Virus record (IMG/VR): IMGVR_UViG_2609459822_000013
Coordinates: 12,652-76,651 of that record
Strand: one strand, 5' to 3'
DNA length: 64,000 bases
Source: a virus
Lineage: Duplodnaviria; Heunggongvirae; Uroviricota; Caudoviricetes
Of the stretch, positions 28,558-37,808 are shown one piece after another. A program made the position numbers and the translations under genes. The number at the start of each line of letters is the position of its first letter. Position 1 is the stretch's first letter. Under the pieces are notes generated by a model, which searched no databases, was not told the origin of the DNA, and saw nothing but the letters and a program-made list of their open reading frames with translations.

Positions 28558-28713
28558 TTAGTTAAGTGCCTTCAGGAAGAAGTCCCGGTATTCATCTTCT
28601 TTTGCATTCATCATGAATTGACCGTATTTGAATGCGTCGTCGAAACCCTTAACGATTGCTATTTCCACTTGTTCGAATGCGTTGTTTAGCATTACCACTA
28701 CATAGCGTTTCAT
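28558..28713 (-). CDS. Small 51-aa protein upstream of the toxin-like gene (candidate antitoxin)
   Basis: Internal ATG (MKRYVVV) with GAAGGAGG RBS; 17 nt upstream of the toxin-like ORF. Confidence 0.35.
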   Translation of the reverse strand: MKRYVVVMLNNAFEQVEIAIVKGFDDAFKYGQFMMNAKEDEYRDFFLKALN

Positions 28714-28880
28714 TTTGGGCCTCCTTCGTTGGTACTGCTTTTCTTCTTGCTTTCTGTATACATCTTGTTGCGAACTATGTGAAGCCATTTTGTAAACTAG
28801 CTATAATCATTGTACTGAAGATCTCATTTTCGCGTAGAAGCGCGTAAAGATATATACAAAATGTAACTTATGGGGGTTTT

Positions 28881-29234
28881 ATGCCGGAAGCTTTCAGATG
28901 GACGCCGCAAAGAAGCTACAGCGTGACCAGGGAGCCAAACGTATCTGTCATTAAACTTGGTGATGGGTATGAACAGCGCCAGGCGAAAGGGATCAACACA
29001 TTGCTTGATAGCTACACCCTGGTTTTTAAAGGCAGTAGCGCAGGATGCGGTGATGGTGGGAACGTGGCGATCCAGGCAGAAGCATTCTTGAGGGCGCGCG
29101 GCGCTAGCGAGGCTTTTTACTGGTCGCCGTCTATGGATGGCGTGCAAAGGCTTTTTGTTTGCCGTAGCTGGAGTATGACAAAGGACGGGCCTGTATACAC
29201 GCTAAACGCAACGTTTGAGCAAGTTATTAATTAG
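28881..29234 (+). CDS. Minor tail protein M (lambda gpM-like)
   Basis: 117 aa; FRWTP...GDGYEQR...FEQVIN pattern matches lambda gpM. Confidence 0.6.
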   Translation: MPEAFRWTPQRSYSVTREPNVSVIKLGDGYEQRQAKGINTLLDSYTLVFKGSSAGCGDGGNVAIQAEAFLRARGASEAFYWSPSMDGVQRLFVCRSWSMTKDGPVYTLNATFEQVIN

Positions 29235-29243
29235 GGAGGGGAT

Positions 29244-29426
29244 ATGCCTTATTTTTGTGTAGTGGAGCGCACTGGCGCTTTTACATTGTTCGCCGACTAT
29301 GAAATTAATGATCTTACTGTCCGGGCTGATAACGGTGAGACGTGGTATCTTCATGATATGGGTGATGGATATATCGGCTGTACGACTTGGGATGGCAAAG
29401 AAGTAGCATTTCTATCCTACGATTAA
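29244..29426 (+). CDS. Hypothetical small protein
   Basis: 60-aa ORF with GGGAGGGG RBS, followed by a terminator. Confidence 0.3.
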   Translation: MPYFCVVERTGAFTLFADYEINDLTVRADNGETWYLHDMGDGYIGCTTWDGKEVAFLSYD

Positions 29427-29428
29427 AA

Positions 29429-29455
29429 AAAACACCCCGCCACGGCGGGGTTTAT
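29429..29455. terminator. Bidirectional rho-independent terminator
   Basis: A6 + ccccgcc-acg-gcgggg + T3 between converging genes. Confidence 0.5.
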
Positions 29456-29527
29456 AGTGTCGATAGCAGAATGCATGACAATCCAATAATGATAATGATC
29501 ATTTCCAGAACGTAATGTTCGCACATC

Positions 29528-29776
29528 TCATAACGCCCCCTTCAAATATGTCAATCCCTTATCAGTGACGAATGAGTGATTAACCTGGTTTTCATCCGTC
29601 ATGATGATAAATAACTTTTCCTGTAGGTATTTCGCTTTAGGGTACAGCGTTAAGCAGACCTGGTACAGTATCCCGCGCTCAATCAGCAAATCAATAAATT
29701 CGTGTTCATGATAACCGATGAGGCGGGCGGCCTGTTTCAACGTGTACACATAATCACCGTGATTGCGCCGCCCCAT
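29528..29776 (-). CDS. Antisense moron, 82-aa protein with HTH-like segment
   Basis: Third gene of a minus-strand three-gene cluster; LKQAARLIGYHEHEFIDLLIERGIL looks helix-turn-helix-like. Confidence 0.35.
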   Translation of the reverse strand: MGRRNHGDYVYTLKQAARLIGYHEHEFIDLLIERGILYQVCLTLYPKAKYLQEKLFIIMTDENQVNHSFVTDKGLTYLKGAL

Positions 29777-29785
29777 GTTGCCGCC

Positions 29786-30133
29786 TTATTTATCGAATGC
29801 TGAAAGGTTATCGATACAGAAATCTTTCGCAGCTTTTTCGTATTCGCGTTTTGCTTCTGGATCGTCAGCCGGGAAACCTTTTGCGTGTATTTCACCAGGG
29901 CAAGACTGATCCATAGAGTCTGCAAAATTAACATTGAAGTTAACATTAATATCTTTCGGGTTCATATCTTCCACCTCATCAACTATCTGTACCGGATTAG
30001 CAGTATATTTCACTGGATGGCCTAAACTACATTCAAGAATCCTGCCTTCTTCCAGGGCTACTTCTTCGCTATCAAATAATCCGAAACACTCCTTGCTACC
30101 ACTTAACCACACATCAAGACTGTATTTTTTCAT
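29786..30133 (-). CDS. Antisense moron, 115-aa acidic protein
   Basis: Internal ATG (MKKYSLDVW) of track ORF; overlaps the upstream gene by 20 nt. Confidence 0.35.
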   Translation of the reverse strand: MKKYSLDVWLSGSKECFGLFDSEEVALEEGRILECSLGHPVKYTANPVQIVDEVEDMNPKDINVNFNVNFADSMDQSCPGEIHAKGFPADDPEAKREYEKAAKDFCIDNLSAFDK

Positions 30134-30302
30134 TTTTGTTAGCCTCATATTTGACAGGTTCGATCTGGTATCCCAAAAGGCGGTCATCCTCAGCAAGTAA
30201 AAGCGCGTCAACCAATGCTTCCCCCTCGTCGTCATACAGGGCGATAACCTTTTCCCTACCGTCTGTCATGAATACCGTCAACTTCCATAGCTTTTCAGTC
30301 AT
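30114..30302 (-). CDS. Antisense moron, 62-aa acidic protein
   Basis: Internal ATG (MTEKLWK) with GGAGGTG RBS; first gene of the cluster. Confidence 0.35.
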   Translation of the reverse strand: MTEKLWKLTVFMTDGREKVIALYDDEGEALVDALLLAEDDRLLGYQIEPVKYEANKNEKIQS

Positions 30303-30430
30303 AACGCACCTCCGCGCCATTTTGTTAACTTCCCCTTCGTTTGAGTAAAATATACATATTGTAAAACAACGATCAATCCATTTTGGTATGATTTAGCGTG
30401 ACGCAGATCACAAAATGACAAGGTGAGAAA

Positions 30431-31135
30431 ATGCGCAATATTCCGAGAGAGATGATTATTGATTCCGTCGATGCCGGAGTTGGCGCGGTCATTGACTTAT
30501 TTGAACTGGACCTTACTCCCCTGGGAGGCGAGGTTATCCGCTTCCATTCCGGCGCGAACGGCTATTACGGCCAGGTTATCTGGAAGGGAGTAGCTTACAA
30601 CAGCTACCCGATCGAGGCGACGGGCTTCGAAATGAAAAATGAGGGTGTTTATTCACGGCCTCAAATGGTTGTAGCCAATATCGGCGGACTCATTACGGGG
30701 ATGAACAACGATTTTAACGACCTTAGAGGAATGAAGGTTACGCGCCGCCAGGTGGAGGTGAAATATCTTGACGCCGTTAACTTCCCTAACGGTAATCCAG
30801 ACGCAGATCCATCTATTGAGGCTGTATCTTTTTACGTCGTTGAAGCAATGAGCGAAGAAACAGCGGATCAGGTGCAGTATGAACTGTCAACGCCAATTGA
30901 TGCAGATAAAGCTGTCATCCCTGGGCGCACCATCCTTGCTGACGTTTGCCAGTGGCAATACAGAGGCGACGGGTGTATGTACGCTGGCGGACCAGTAGCA
31001 AACGATAAAGACGAGCCGACAAGCGATCCTAAAGCCGACAGATGTAGCCACCGTCTGAGCGGTTGTCGTTTACGTTTCCCGCGTCCAAATCCGTTACCAA
31101 TTTCCTGTTTCCCCGGTTCAAGTAAGGTGGGCTAA
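30431..31135 (+). CDS. Minor tail protein L (lambda gpL-like)
   Basis: 234 aa; cysteine cluster near the C-terminus; position between M and K. Confidence 0.6.
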   Translation: MRNIPREMIIDSVDAGVGAVIDLFELDLTPLGGEVIRFHSGANGYYGQVIWKGVAYNSYPIEATGFEMKNEGVYSRPQMVVANIGGLITGMNNDFNDLRGMKVTRRQVEVKYLDAVNFPNGNPDADPSIEAVSFYVVEAMSEETADQVQYELSTPIDADKAVIPGRTILADVCQWQYRGDGCMYAGGPVANDKDEPTSDPKADRCSHRLSGCRLRFPRPNPLPISCFPGSSKVG

Positions 31136-31137
31136 TT

Positions 31138-31869
31138 ATGGCACTTGAAGACAAAATGGTTCGCTACGCCGCAGCTCACCCGCGTGAGGAAGTTTGCGGC
31201 CTGGTGATAAATAACGAATATTTTTACCCGTGCGCTAACGTATCTGAAACGCCATACAACAGCTTCAAAATTTCGCCGGACGATTACATCAAAGCTGACG
31301 AATTAGGCGTTATAACCGCCGTTTTTCACTCTCACGTTGATGATATTCCGGTATTGTCTGCGCTGGATCGACAACAACAGGTTATTTCCGGCCTCCCGTG
31401 GCTTTTATGCTCCGGTGGCAGGGTTAGAAAATTCCGCCCGGTAGCGCACCTGTTAGGCCGAAAATTTGAGCACGGGAAAACAGACTGCTACGCGCTTTTC
31501 CGCGACGCATATCACCTTTGTGGCGTGGATCTACCGGACTTCGAGCGCCTTGATGGCTGGTGGCTTCGCGGTGAAAACCTGTATTTAAAAAACTTGCCGC
31601 GAAACGGGTTTTATCAGGTTGATGCGCAAAGCATCCAGCCAGGTGACGTAATAATCAGGCAGCCGTTCAAAGGCGCTGACCCATGCCACGCGATGATTTA
31701 CCTGGGCGATAACACTGTTTTGCATCATGACAATGCCGGACTGTTAAGCCGCCGCGAGCAAATGCGGCCCGCTTATGTTCGACAAACGCATTCAATATGG
31801 AGATCTGATAAATGCTCAAATTTAGATTTACGGGCAATCTTCGAAGATATTACAGCAAAGTGTGTTTAA
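31138..31869 (+). CDS. Tail assembly protein K (lambda gpK-like, JAMM/NlpC-P60)
   Basis: 243 aa; HSHVDD metal-site-like motif and C-terminal Cys/His motifs. Confidence 0.6.
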   Translation: MALEDKMVRYAAAHPREEVCGLVINNEYFYPCANVSETPYNSFKISPDDYIKADELGVITAVFHSHVDDIPVLSALDRQQQVISGLPWLLCSGGRVRKFRPVAHLLGRKFEHGKTDCYALFRDAYHLCGVDLPDFERLDGWWLRGENLYLKNLPRNGFYQVDAQSIQPGDVIIRQPFKGADPCHAMIYLGDNTVLHHDNAGLLSRREQMRPAYVRQTHSIWRSDKCSNLDLRAIFEDITAKCV

Positions 31870-32342
31870 ACGTTGAAACGCCAGCGCAAGGGCTTCGCTT
31901 ATTGACCGCGCAGAATCAGGAATTCAAGAAGGCTTTTTTAAATACACCTTTGCGGTTACGGATTGCCGGGAAAGATTATAACGAAAAGACGGCCCCGGCA
32001 GCGGTTAATAGTAAATACCCTGACGGAACTACCGTCATTATTGCGCCAGTAGTTGAAGGCGGTATTGCTGGGATTGGTGTTGTAGGCTGGATCCTGATTG
32101 GTGTTTCGGTGGTTAGCGTTGCGTTCTCAATCTTTATGTCCCGCAACATGAAGATAAAAACATCGGCAGAAAGCGCACAAGATAACACCATAACGAACAA
32201 CACCTACACCAGCATTGAAAACAAGGTGGGCCAGGGTAGACCAGTGCCAATACTATTAGGTGAAATGAAAATAGGTTCAAACGTCGGATCGTTAGGCATA
32301 GACACAAGCAACAATAGAGACGCCTTAGACGTTGTAAGTTAA
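31812..32342 (+). CDS. Tail assembly protein I (lambda gpI-like)
   Basis: 176 aa; LRIAGKDY...LLGEMKIGS resembles gpI; overlaps K. Confidence 0.55.
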   Translation: MLKFRFTGNLRRYYSKVCLNVETPAQGLRLLTAQNQEFKKAFLNTPLRLRIAGKDYNEKTAPAAVNSKYPDGTTVIIAPVVEGGIAGIGVVGWILIGVSVVSVAFSIFMSRNMKIKTSAESAQDNTITNNTYTSIENKVGQGRPVPILLGEMKIGSNVGSLGIDTSNNRDALDVVS

Positions 32343-32355
32343 CAGGAGAAAAACC

Positions 32356-35300
32356 ATGAGTAGCGGCGGCGGCAAAGCCAAAACACCAACATTATTGAAC
32401 GATAACCTGTATCACAAACAGTTTTATCGTGTTTTAGATATTCTCAGCGAAGGGCCGATATACGGTCCGGTAAACCAGAAAGCGCCATTGAATGACGTGA
32501 TGCTTAATGACACTCCTGTTACTGACGCAAACGGGAATACATCAATTCCGGGGATTAGTATAGCCTGGCGCAACGGCACGGCTGACCAATCGCCGATTAA
32601 TGGTTTTAACGCCATTGAGTCAACCGTTATTGTCAACGCAAAGGTAACTCACGACACACCAATAATCAGGACTGTTTCAGATCCAAACGTTACCCGCGTC
32701 AGGTTGAATCTTGGTGTTGATGCTCTCGTTCAGTCAGATGAAAAGGGCAATCAATATAATACATCCGTCATGTTGATGGTTGATGTTAAACCGTCATCAT
32801 CTTCTACGTGGTCGCTGATTAAAGACATACACATTGGCCCTGGTAAACAAAGCGGTGAATACCTGGAAGCTCACATCATTAAAGCGCCGGATGAAAAACC
32901 GTTTGATATTCGCGTTCGTCGCATAACACCAGACAGCAACGGCGATCTATTGCGGAATGATACGCGGTGGAGTAGTTACAGCGAAATAATAGATGATAAT
33001 CTGTCTTATCCTCATACCGCTGTAGCTGGCGCCGTAATTGACCATGATCAGTATACTGATACGCCTACCCGCACCTATCACCTTCGCGGCCTGATTGTTG
33101 ATGTGCCTGACAACTACAACCCTGAAACGCGCACATATTCAGGTTTATGGCTTGGTGGGTTTAAAAAGGCGTATACCAATAACCCTGCATGGCTTTTCCG
33201 GTATCTGGTTAAAAACGAGCGCTTTGGACTTGCTCGACATGCTGGTTACATTGATGTTGATGATGGCGCTTTGTACGTGCTTTCTCAATACTGCGATCAG
33301 TTGGTTGATGATGGCTATGGTGGCCTTGAACCTCGCATGACGCTTAACGCTTACATTACGGAGCAAATGAGCGCCCGCGACTTACTGGATAACATCGCAG
33401 GTATGTTCCGTGGTATCGCGTTATGGGACGGACAACGTCTTACCGTGATGATTGATGCGCCACAAGATCCAATCGCCACCATCACAAATGCAAACGTCGT
33501 TGATGGCGCGTTTACTCGTTCAAGTATCGCACGCGCAGAATGCTACAACGCCGTGATCGTATCCTGGACTGACCCTGAAAACGGCTGGGAGCAATCAAAA
33601 GAATATGTCGCAGATGATAAACTAATCGCCCGTGATGGTTATAACGAAACCACGTTGGAGGCGTTCGGTTGCACTTCACGCGGGCAAGCGCACCGCGCTG
33701 GTAAATGGCTGATCGAAACAGCGAAACGCGAGCCGTCAAAATTCACATTTAAAATGGCCCGTGACGCCATTCACTTTACGCCGGGGGATATAATCGAGAT
33801 CCTCGATAATAATCGCGCAGGCGCTCGTTTAGGCGGTCGCATCGTGGCGAACAATGGCAGAGCGATCACGGTCGACAAGGTTGATTCTGAATATATCGCG
33901 GCTGGCGACACCATCAGCTTACTTGATAGCGATGGTAAATTTAAAAAACACCAGATCATCGGAGTTAACGGGAACATTATCACCCTTGCAGCCGCCCCGG
34001 CGTGGATTCGTAACGGCACTGTTTTTGCTGTATCAACCAACGCAGCAAAACCCGTTTTATGTCGAATCACCAGTGTAGCAGAAACAGAAAATAACAGCGT
34101 ATACACCATCGAGGCCGCACAGCATGATCCACATAAGCAGGCCGTAGTCGATAATGGCGCAATCTTCGAGATCAATAACGACACGCTTAATCACTTCCGC
34201 GTGCCGAACATTGAAAATCTGAAGGTGTTAAACGTTGGATCTGAAACGGTTCAATGTCGCGCAACATGGGAAACACAGACGACAACGCGTCGCCTGACCT
34301 TTGAGATTCGCGTGTATAACGCCGAAGGCGCTGTAGTTAAAAGCTACGAAACCACGAATTACAGTTATGATTTTTATGGCATTGATGCTGGCAACTACTC
34401 ATTAGGCATTCGTGGCAGAAATGACACGGGCATGAAGGGTGCGGAAAGCATTGTCGATCTGGTTATTGGCGCACCAGCGGCCCCAGTTGGCGTTAATTGG
34501 GTTCCCGGTGTATTCCAGGCTACAGTTTACCCGATCAGCAGAACAACGCTCACCACTGATACCAGTTACGAGTTTTATTACTCAGGTGAAACGCAGATCA
34601 CTGATCCGGCATCAATAACCACTAAAGCACAATATACCGGGCGTGGTCATCAGTGGACGTTTGGCGGCATGAATACAGGTCACACATATTACGTTTATGT
34701 GCGCGCGCGTAACGCTTTTGGTGTGTCTGACTTTGTGGAAGCGTCAGGTAAGCCAACAGAAAACTTTGATGAAATTACCGATTACGTCACCAAAGACGTA
34801 ATGAATTCCAAACAATTTAAAGAAATGGTTGGTGACATTAAAGATCTAGGCGACCGCACTGATCTTATCGAAAGCGCTACGAATGACCTTAAAACTGCTA
34901 CTGACAACCTCAAAACTGCAACTGATAATCTGACCAACATAACTGACGATTTAAGGACTGAAACTGACAACCTAACCATAGAAACAGGATCAATAAAAGC
35001 TGATACTGATACGCTCAAAAAAGAAACGGAAGATCTTTATAAAAAAGTTAAGGAAAACGCCGATGATATTGGACAGCATGAGTCGAGAATCGACTCGCTG
35101 GAGGTGTCTAGCGAAAAAGTTGGCAGCGAACTGGCGCAAGCAAAAGCAAGTCTGCAAAACGCCTCACTTGCTCTTATTAATAACTCGCTTGCACAGACTA
35201 ACACTCGCGTAACTCTTACCGCTCAGTACAAGAAAGGCAGGACAGAGACGAAAGCGGAAATTGACCGCATTGACAACGTTATCGCTGAAGAGAAAAAAGC

Positions 35301-37326
35301 GACAGCGGAATCACTGGAAACCATCACGGCAGAAATGAATGTGATGGACACAAACCTTAAAGGTCAGATCTCTAATGTGCAACGCGCAGTAGCTGACGAG
35401 GCCAGCGCCCGCGCTGAAGCTATTAACGGTGTAAATGCCTCAATAAGCAATCTTGACAAGAAAACTGACGCCAGCGTAAACCGTCTTGATCAGGCAATTG
35501 CAGACGAAACAAGTGCGCGTACTCAGGCTATCAGCGACGTGAACGCAAGTATCTCAACACTTGACAAGAAAACTGACGCCAGCGTTAAGCGCCTCGATAA
35601 TGCAATATCAGATGAAACGCAGGCAAGAAGCGACGCAATAACAGTGGTTAAAGCTGATTTAACAACGCTTGAAAATAACACAAATGCCAGTGTTAGCCGT
35701 CTTGATCAAGCTATCGCTGATGAATCAAGCGCACGTGCTCAGGCGATATCAGGTATCAGCGCGACGCTTGGCGGCGTTAAAAGTGAGGTTGATAAAAACA
35801 GCGACGAGATAGATCAGGCGAAAGCAAGTCTGCAAAACGCATCTCTGGCGCTTATTAATAACTCAATGGCGCAAAGCAAGATGAGCACTGTTATTGAGGC
35901 GAAATACAGGAAAGGACAAACAAAAACAAAAGCGGAAATAGCAAGGGTAGACACAGCAATCGCAGATGAGGCGAGCGCACGCGCAGAAGCTATTAGCAAC
36001 GTTAACGCCAGCGTCAGTAGTCTTGAAAGCAAAACCGACGCGAGCGTTTCCCGTCTTGATAAAGCAATCGCAGATGAGGCGAGCGCACGCGCAGAAGCTA
36101 TTAGCGGGGTTAATGCGTCAATTTCCACGCTCGATAGCAAGGTGACAAGCAACGTAACCAGGATGGATAAAGCGATCGCAGATGAGAAGAATGCACGCAC
36201 TGACGCAATCAGCAGCCTTAACTCATCGCTTACCAGTACGATTAATTCGAAAGTATCCGAAGTGTCAACTGCACTTTCTACGCATGAAACATCAAGCGCG
36301 GAAAAATTTGGCCAGATCTCGGCATCTTTCGACGATGTAAACTCAAGCATCACGGAATGGTCACAGGCTATGGCAACGGCAGACGAGGCATTGTCAACCA
36401 GAATCGACCAGTTGAAAGTAACTATTAACGGAAACACAACGGCGATAGAAACGACATCAAAAGCACTGACTGACTTCAAAGGTAACGTTGATGCGTCATA
36501 TTCAATTAAGATTGCCACTGATAAAAACGGTATGAAATACGCTACAGGAATGTCGCTCGGCCTTACTGGTAGCGGGACTAACGTTCAATCGCAGTGTATT
36601 TTCCTCGTTGACCGTTTCGTGCTTATGACTGCGGCAGGTGGCTCCTATCAGACCCCGTTCTATGTTACTAACGGTGCTTGCTACATCCGTGATGCGTGGA
36701 TCAGAGACGCATCAATCACTACCGCGAAGATTGCGCAGCAAATTCAGTCAACCAACTATAAAGCTGGTTCGGCTGGCTGGATGCTAAATAAAAACGGCAA
36801 TGCGGAGTTCAACAACGTCACTGTACGCGGTACGGTGTACGCAACATCTGGTAAATTCACTGGTGAGATTCAGGCCACAAGCGGGAAGTTTAAAGGTACA
36901 GTAGAGGCAAAGTCATTTGTCGGTGACGTTGCTAACATGGGGGTTGGTCCAGATCGAGTGCTTGGGCATAACGGAAGTTATAGCGCAACCATCACATATA
37001 AAGACAGCACGGATAATGCATTGACGAAATCAGTTATGCTTATGGCGACTATTTCATTAATGTCTGGTGAATATAGATCCACTTATAACGTAACGTTTAG
37101 TTGCGGAGATAAAAACAAAACAATTTCATATTACGTGCCTTATGGTGGATGCACATTAACAGTGCAATGCGCTTTTTCTGGTTTAAAAGCATCAGATATT
37201 ATCGGGAAAATATATTGTCCTCAAACATCATCATCTGAAGGATACGCATATTGTACCGCGTTGTATTCTCCAACAATGATAGTAGCAAGAGGCACCGGAT
37301 CATTTAGAACATCAACGACAGCATAA
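32356..37326 (+). CDS. Central tail fiber / host specificity protein J-like, with C-terminal coiled-coil repeat extension
   Basis: 1656 aa; N-terminal two-thirds J-like; C-terminal third carries tandem ~35-aa repeats and a distinct distal domain. Confidence 0.7.
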   Translation: MSSGGGKAKTPTLLNDNLYHKQFYRVLDILSEGPIYGPVNQKAPLNDVMLNDTPVTDANGNTSIPGISIAWRNGTADQSPINGFNAIESTVIVNAKVTHDTPIIRTVSDPNVTRVRLNLGVDALVQSDEKGNQYNTSVMLMVDVKPSSSSTWSLIKDIHIGPGKQSGEYLEAHIIKAPDEKPFDIRVRRITPDSNGDLLRNDTRWSSYSEIIDDNLSYPHTAVAGAVIDHDQYTDTPTRTYHLRGLIVDVPDNYNPETRTYSGLWLGGFKKAYTNNPAWLFRYLVKNERFGLARHAGYIDVDDGALYVLSQYCDQLVDDGYGGLEPRMTLNAYITEQMSARDLLDNIAGMFRGIALWDGQRLTVMIDAPQDPIATITNANVVDGAFTRSSIARAECYNAVIVSWTDPENGWEQSKEYVADDKLIARDGYNETTLEAFGCTSRGQAHRAGKWLIETAKREPSKFTFKMARDAIHFTPGDIIEILDNNRAGARLGGRIVANNGRAITVDKVDSEYIAAGDTISLLDSDGKFKKHQIIGVNGNIITLAAAPAWIRNGTVFAVSTNAAKPVLCRITSVAETENNSVYTIEAAQHDPHKQAVVDNGAIFEINNDTLNHFRVPNIENLKVLNVGSETVQCRATWETQTTTRRLTFEIRVYNAEGAVVKSYETTNYSYDFYGIDAGNYSLGIRGRNDTGMKGAESIVDLVIGAPAAPVGVNWVPGVFQATVYPISRTTLTTDTSYEFYYSGETQITDPASITTKAQYTGRGHQWTFGGMNTGHTYYVYVRARNAFGVSDFVEASGKPTENFDEITDYVTKDVMNSKQFKEMVGDIKDLGDRTDLIESATNDLKTATDNLKTATDNLTNITDDLRTETDNLTIETGSIKADTDTLKKETEDLYKKVKENADDIGQHESRIDSLEVSSEKVGSELAQAKASLQNASLALINNSLAQTNTRVTLTAQYKKGRTETKAEIDRIDNVIAEEKKATAESLETITAEMNVMDTNLKGQISNVQRAVADEASARAEAINGVNASISNLDKKTDASVNRLDQAIADETSARTQAISDVNASISTLDKKTDASVKRLDNAISDETQARSDAITVVKADLTTLENNTNASVSRLDQAIADESSARAQAISGISATLGGVKSEVDKNSDEIDQAKASLQNASLALINNSMAQSKMSTVIEAKYRKGQTKTKAEIARVDTAIADEASARAEAISNVNASVSSLESKTDASVSRLDKAIADEASARAEAISGVNASISTLDSKVTSNVTRMDKAIADEKNARTDAISSLNSSLTSTINSKVSEVSTALSTHETSSAEKFGQISASFDDVNSSITEWSQAMATADEALSTRIDQLKVTINGNTTAIETTSKALTDFKGNVDASYSIKIATDKNGMKYATGMSLGLTGSGTNVQSQCIFLVDRFVLMTAAGGSYQTPFYVTNGACYIRDAWIRDASITTAKIAQQIQSTNYKAGSAGWMLNKNGNAEFNNVTVRGTVYATSGKFTGEIQATSGKFKGTVEAKSFVGDVANMGVGPDRVLGHNGSYSATITYKDSTDNALTKSVMLMATISLMSGEYRSTYNVTFSCGDKNKTISYYVPYGGCTLTVQCAFSGLKASDIIGKIYCPQTSSSEGYAYCTALYSPTMIVARGTGSFRTSTTA
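35380..36240 (+). repeat. In-frame tandem repeats (~105 nt units) plus a larger internal duplication inside the J-like gene
   Basis: Near-identical DNA segments, e.g. atcgcagatgaggcgagcgcacgcgcagaagctattagc twice, and QAKASLQNASLALINNS motif twice about 680 nt apart. Confidence 0.6.
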
Positions 37327-37354
37327 AAAAACGGGGCATAAGCCCCGTTTTTTT
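37325..37354. terminator. Bidirectional rho-independent terminator after J
   Basis: A6 + acggggc-ataa-gccccgt + T7. Confidence 0.55.
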
Positions 37355-37365
37355 ATGCATTGTTT

Positions 37366-37611
37366 TTATTTTTTACACCCATCATTTACACCAGAAAAAT
37401 GGATAGGTAAATTACATTCACTGTCAATAATTTTACCTTGTAGTTGTTTTTCTTTCCATGAGTCAGTATTGAAATAACTCGAACGTTGGTTATCAAGGCC
37501 AGTATCACCATATTGAGCAGTGCCAGCATCACTCTTATCTGTCGAATTTACAGAAGCAAAAGCACCAAAAGACAGAGCTGATAAGATGCAAGCAACAATT
37601 AGTTTTTTCAT
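37366..37611 (-). CDS. Antisense moron, small secreted protein with signal peptide
   Basis: Internal ATG (MKKLIVACILSALSFGAFA) with AAGGTG RBS; two cysteines in mature part; between J and tail fiber. Confidence 0.4.
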   Translation of the reverse strand: MKKLIVACILSALSFGAFASVNSTDKSDAGTAQYGDTGLDNQRSSYFNTDSWKEKQLQGKIIDSECNLPIHFSGVNDGCKK

Positions 37612-37808
37612 TGTATTCACCTTACTGTTTGTTTTACTGTCATTTGTTGTTCGTGATGATCCACCCATCCGATGAGCAAATCACCGCAGAAGCTATCATT
37701 TCGTATGTTGATATAGATCAAAAAATACATTATGCATAAGCTCAAAGTGTAACGCGGATTACAAAATGGTAGAATTATTCCGTTAATTAACATAATGGAG
37801 TCATTGCA

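Noticed and set aside
35814-36518. 234-aa minus-strand ORF (and 34782-35018) inside the J-like gene
   Set aside because: Antisense read-through of the in-frame tandem repeats; low-complexity Ala/Ser/Leu-rich translation; fully embedded in a well-supported gene.
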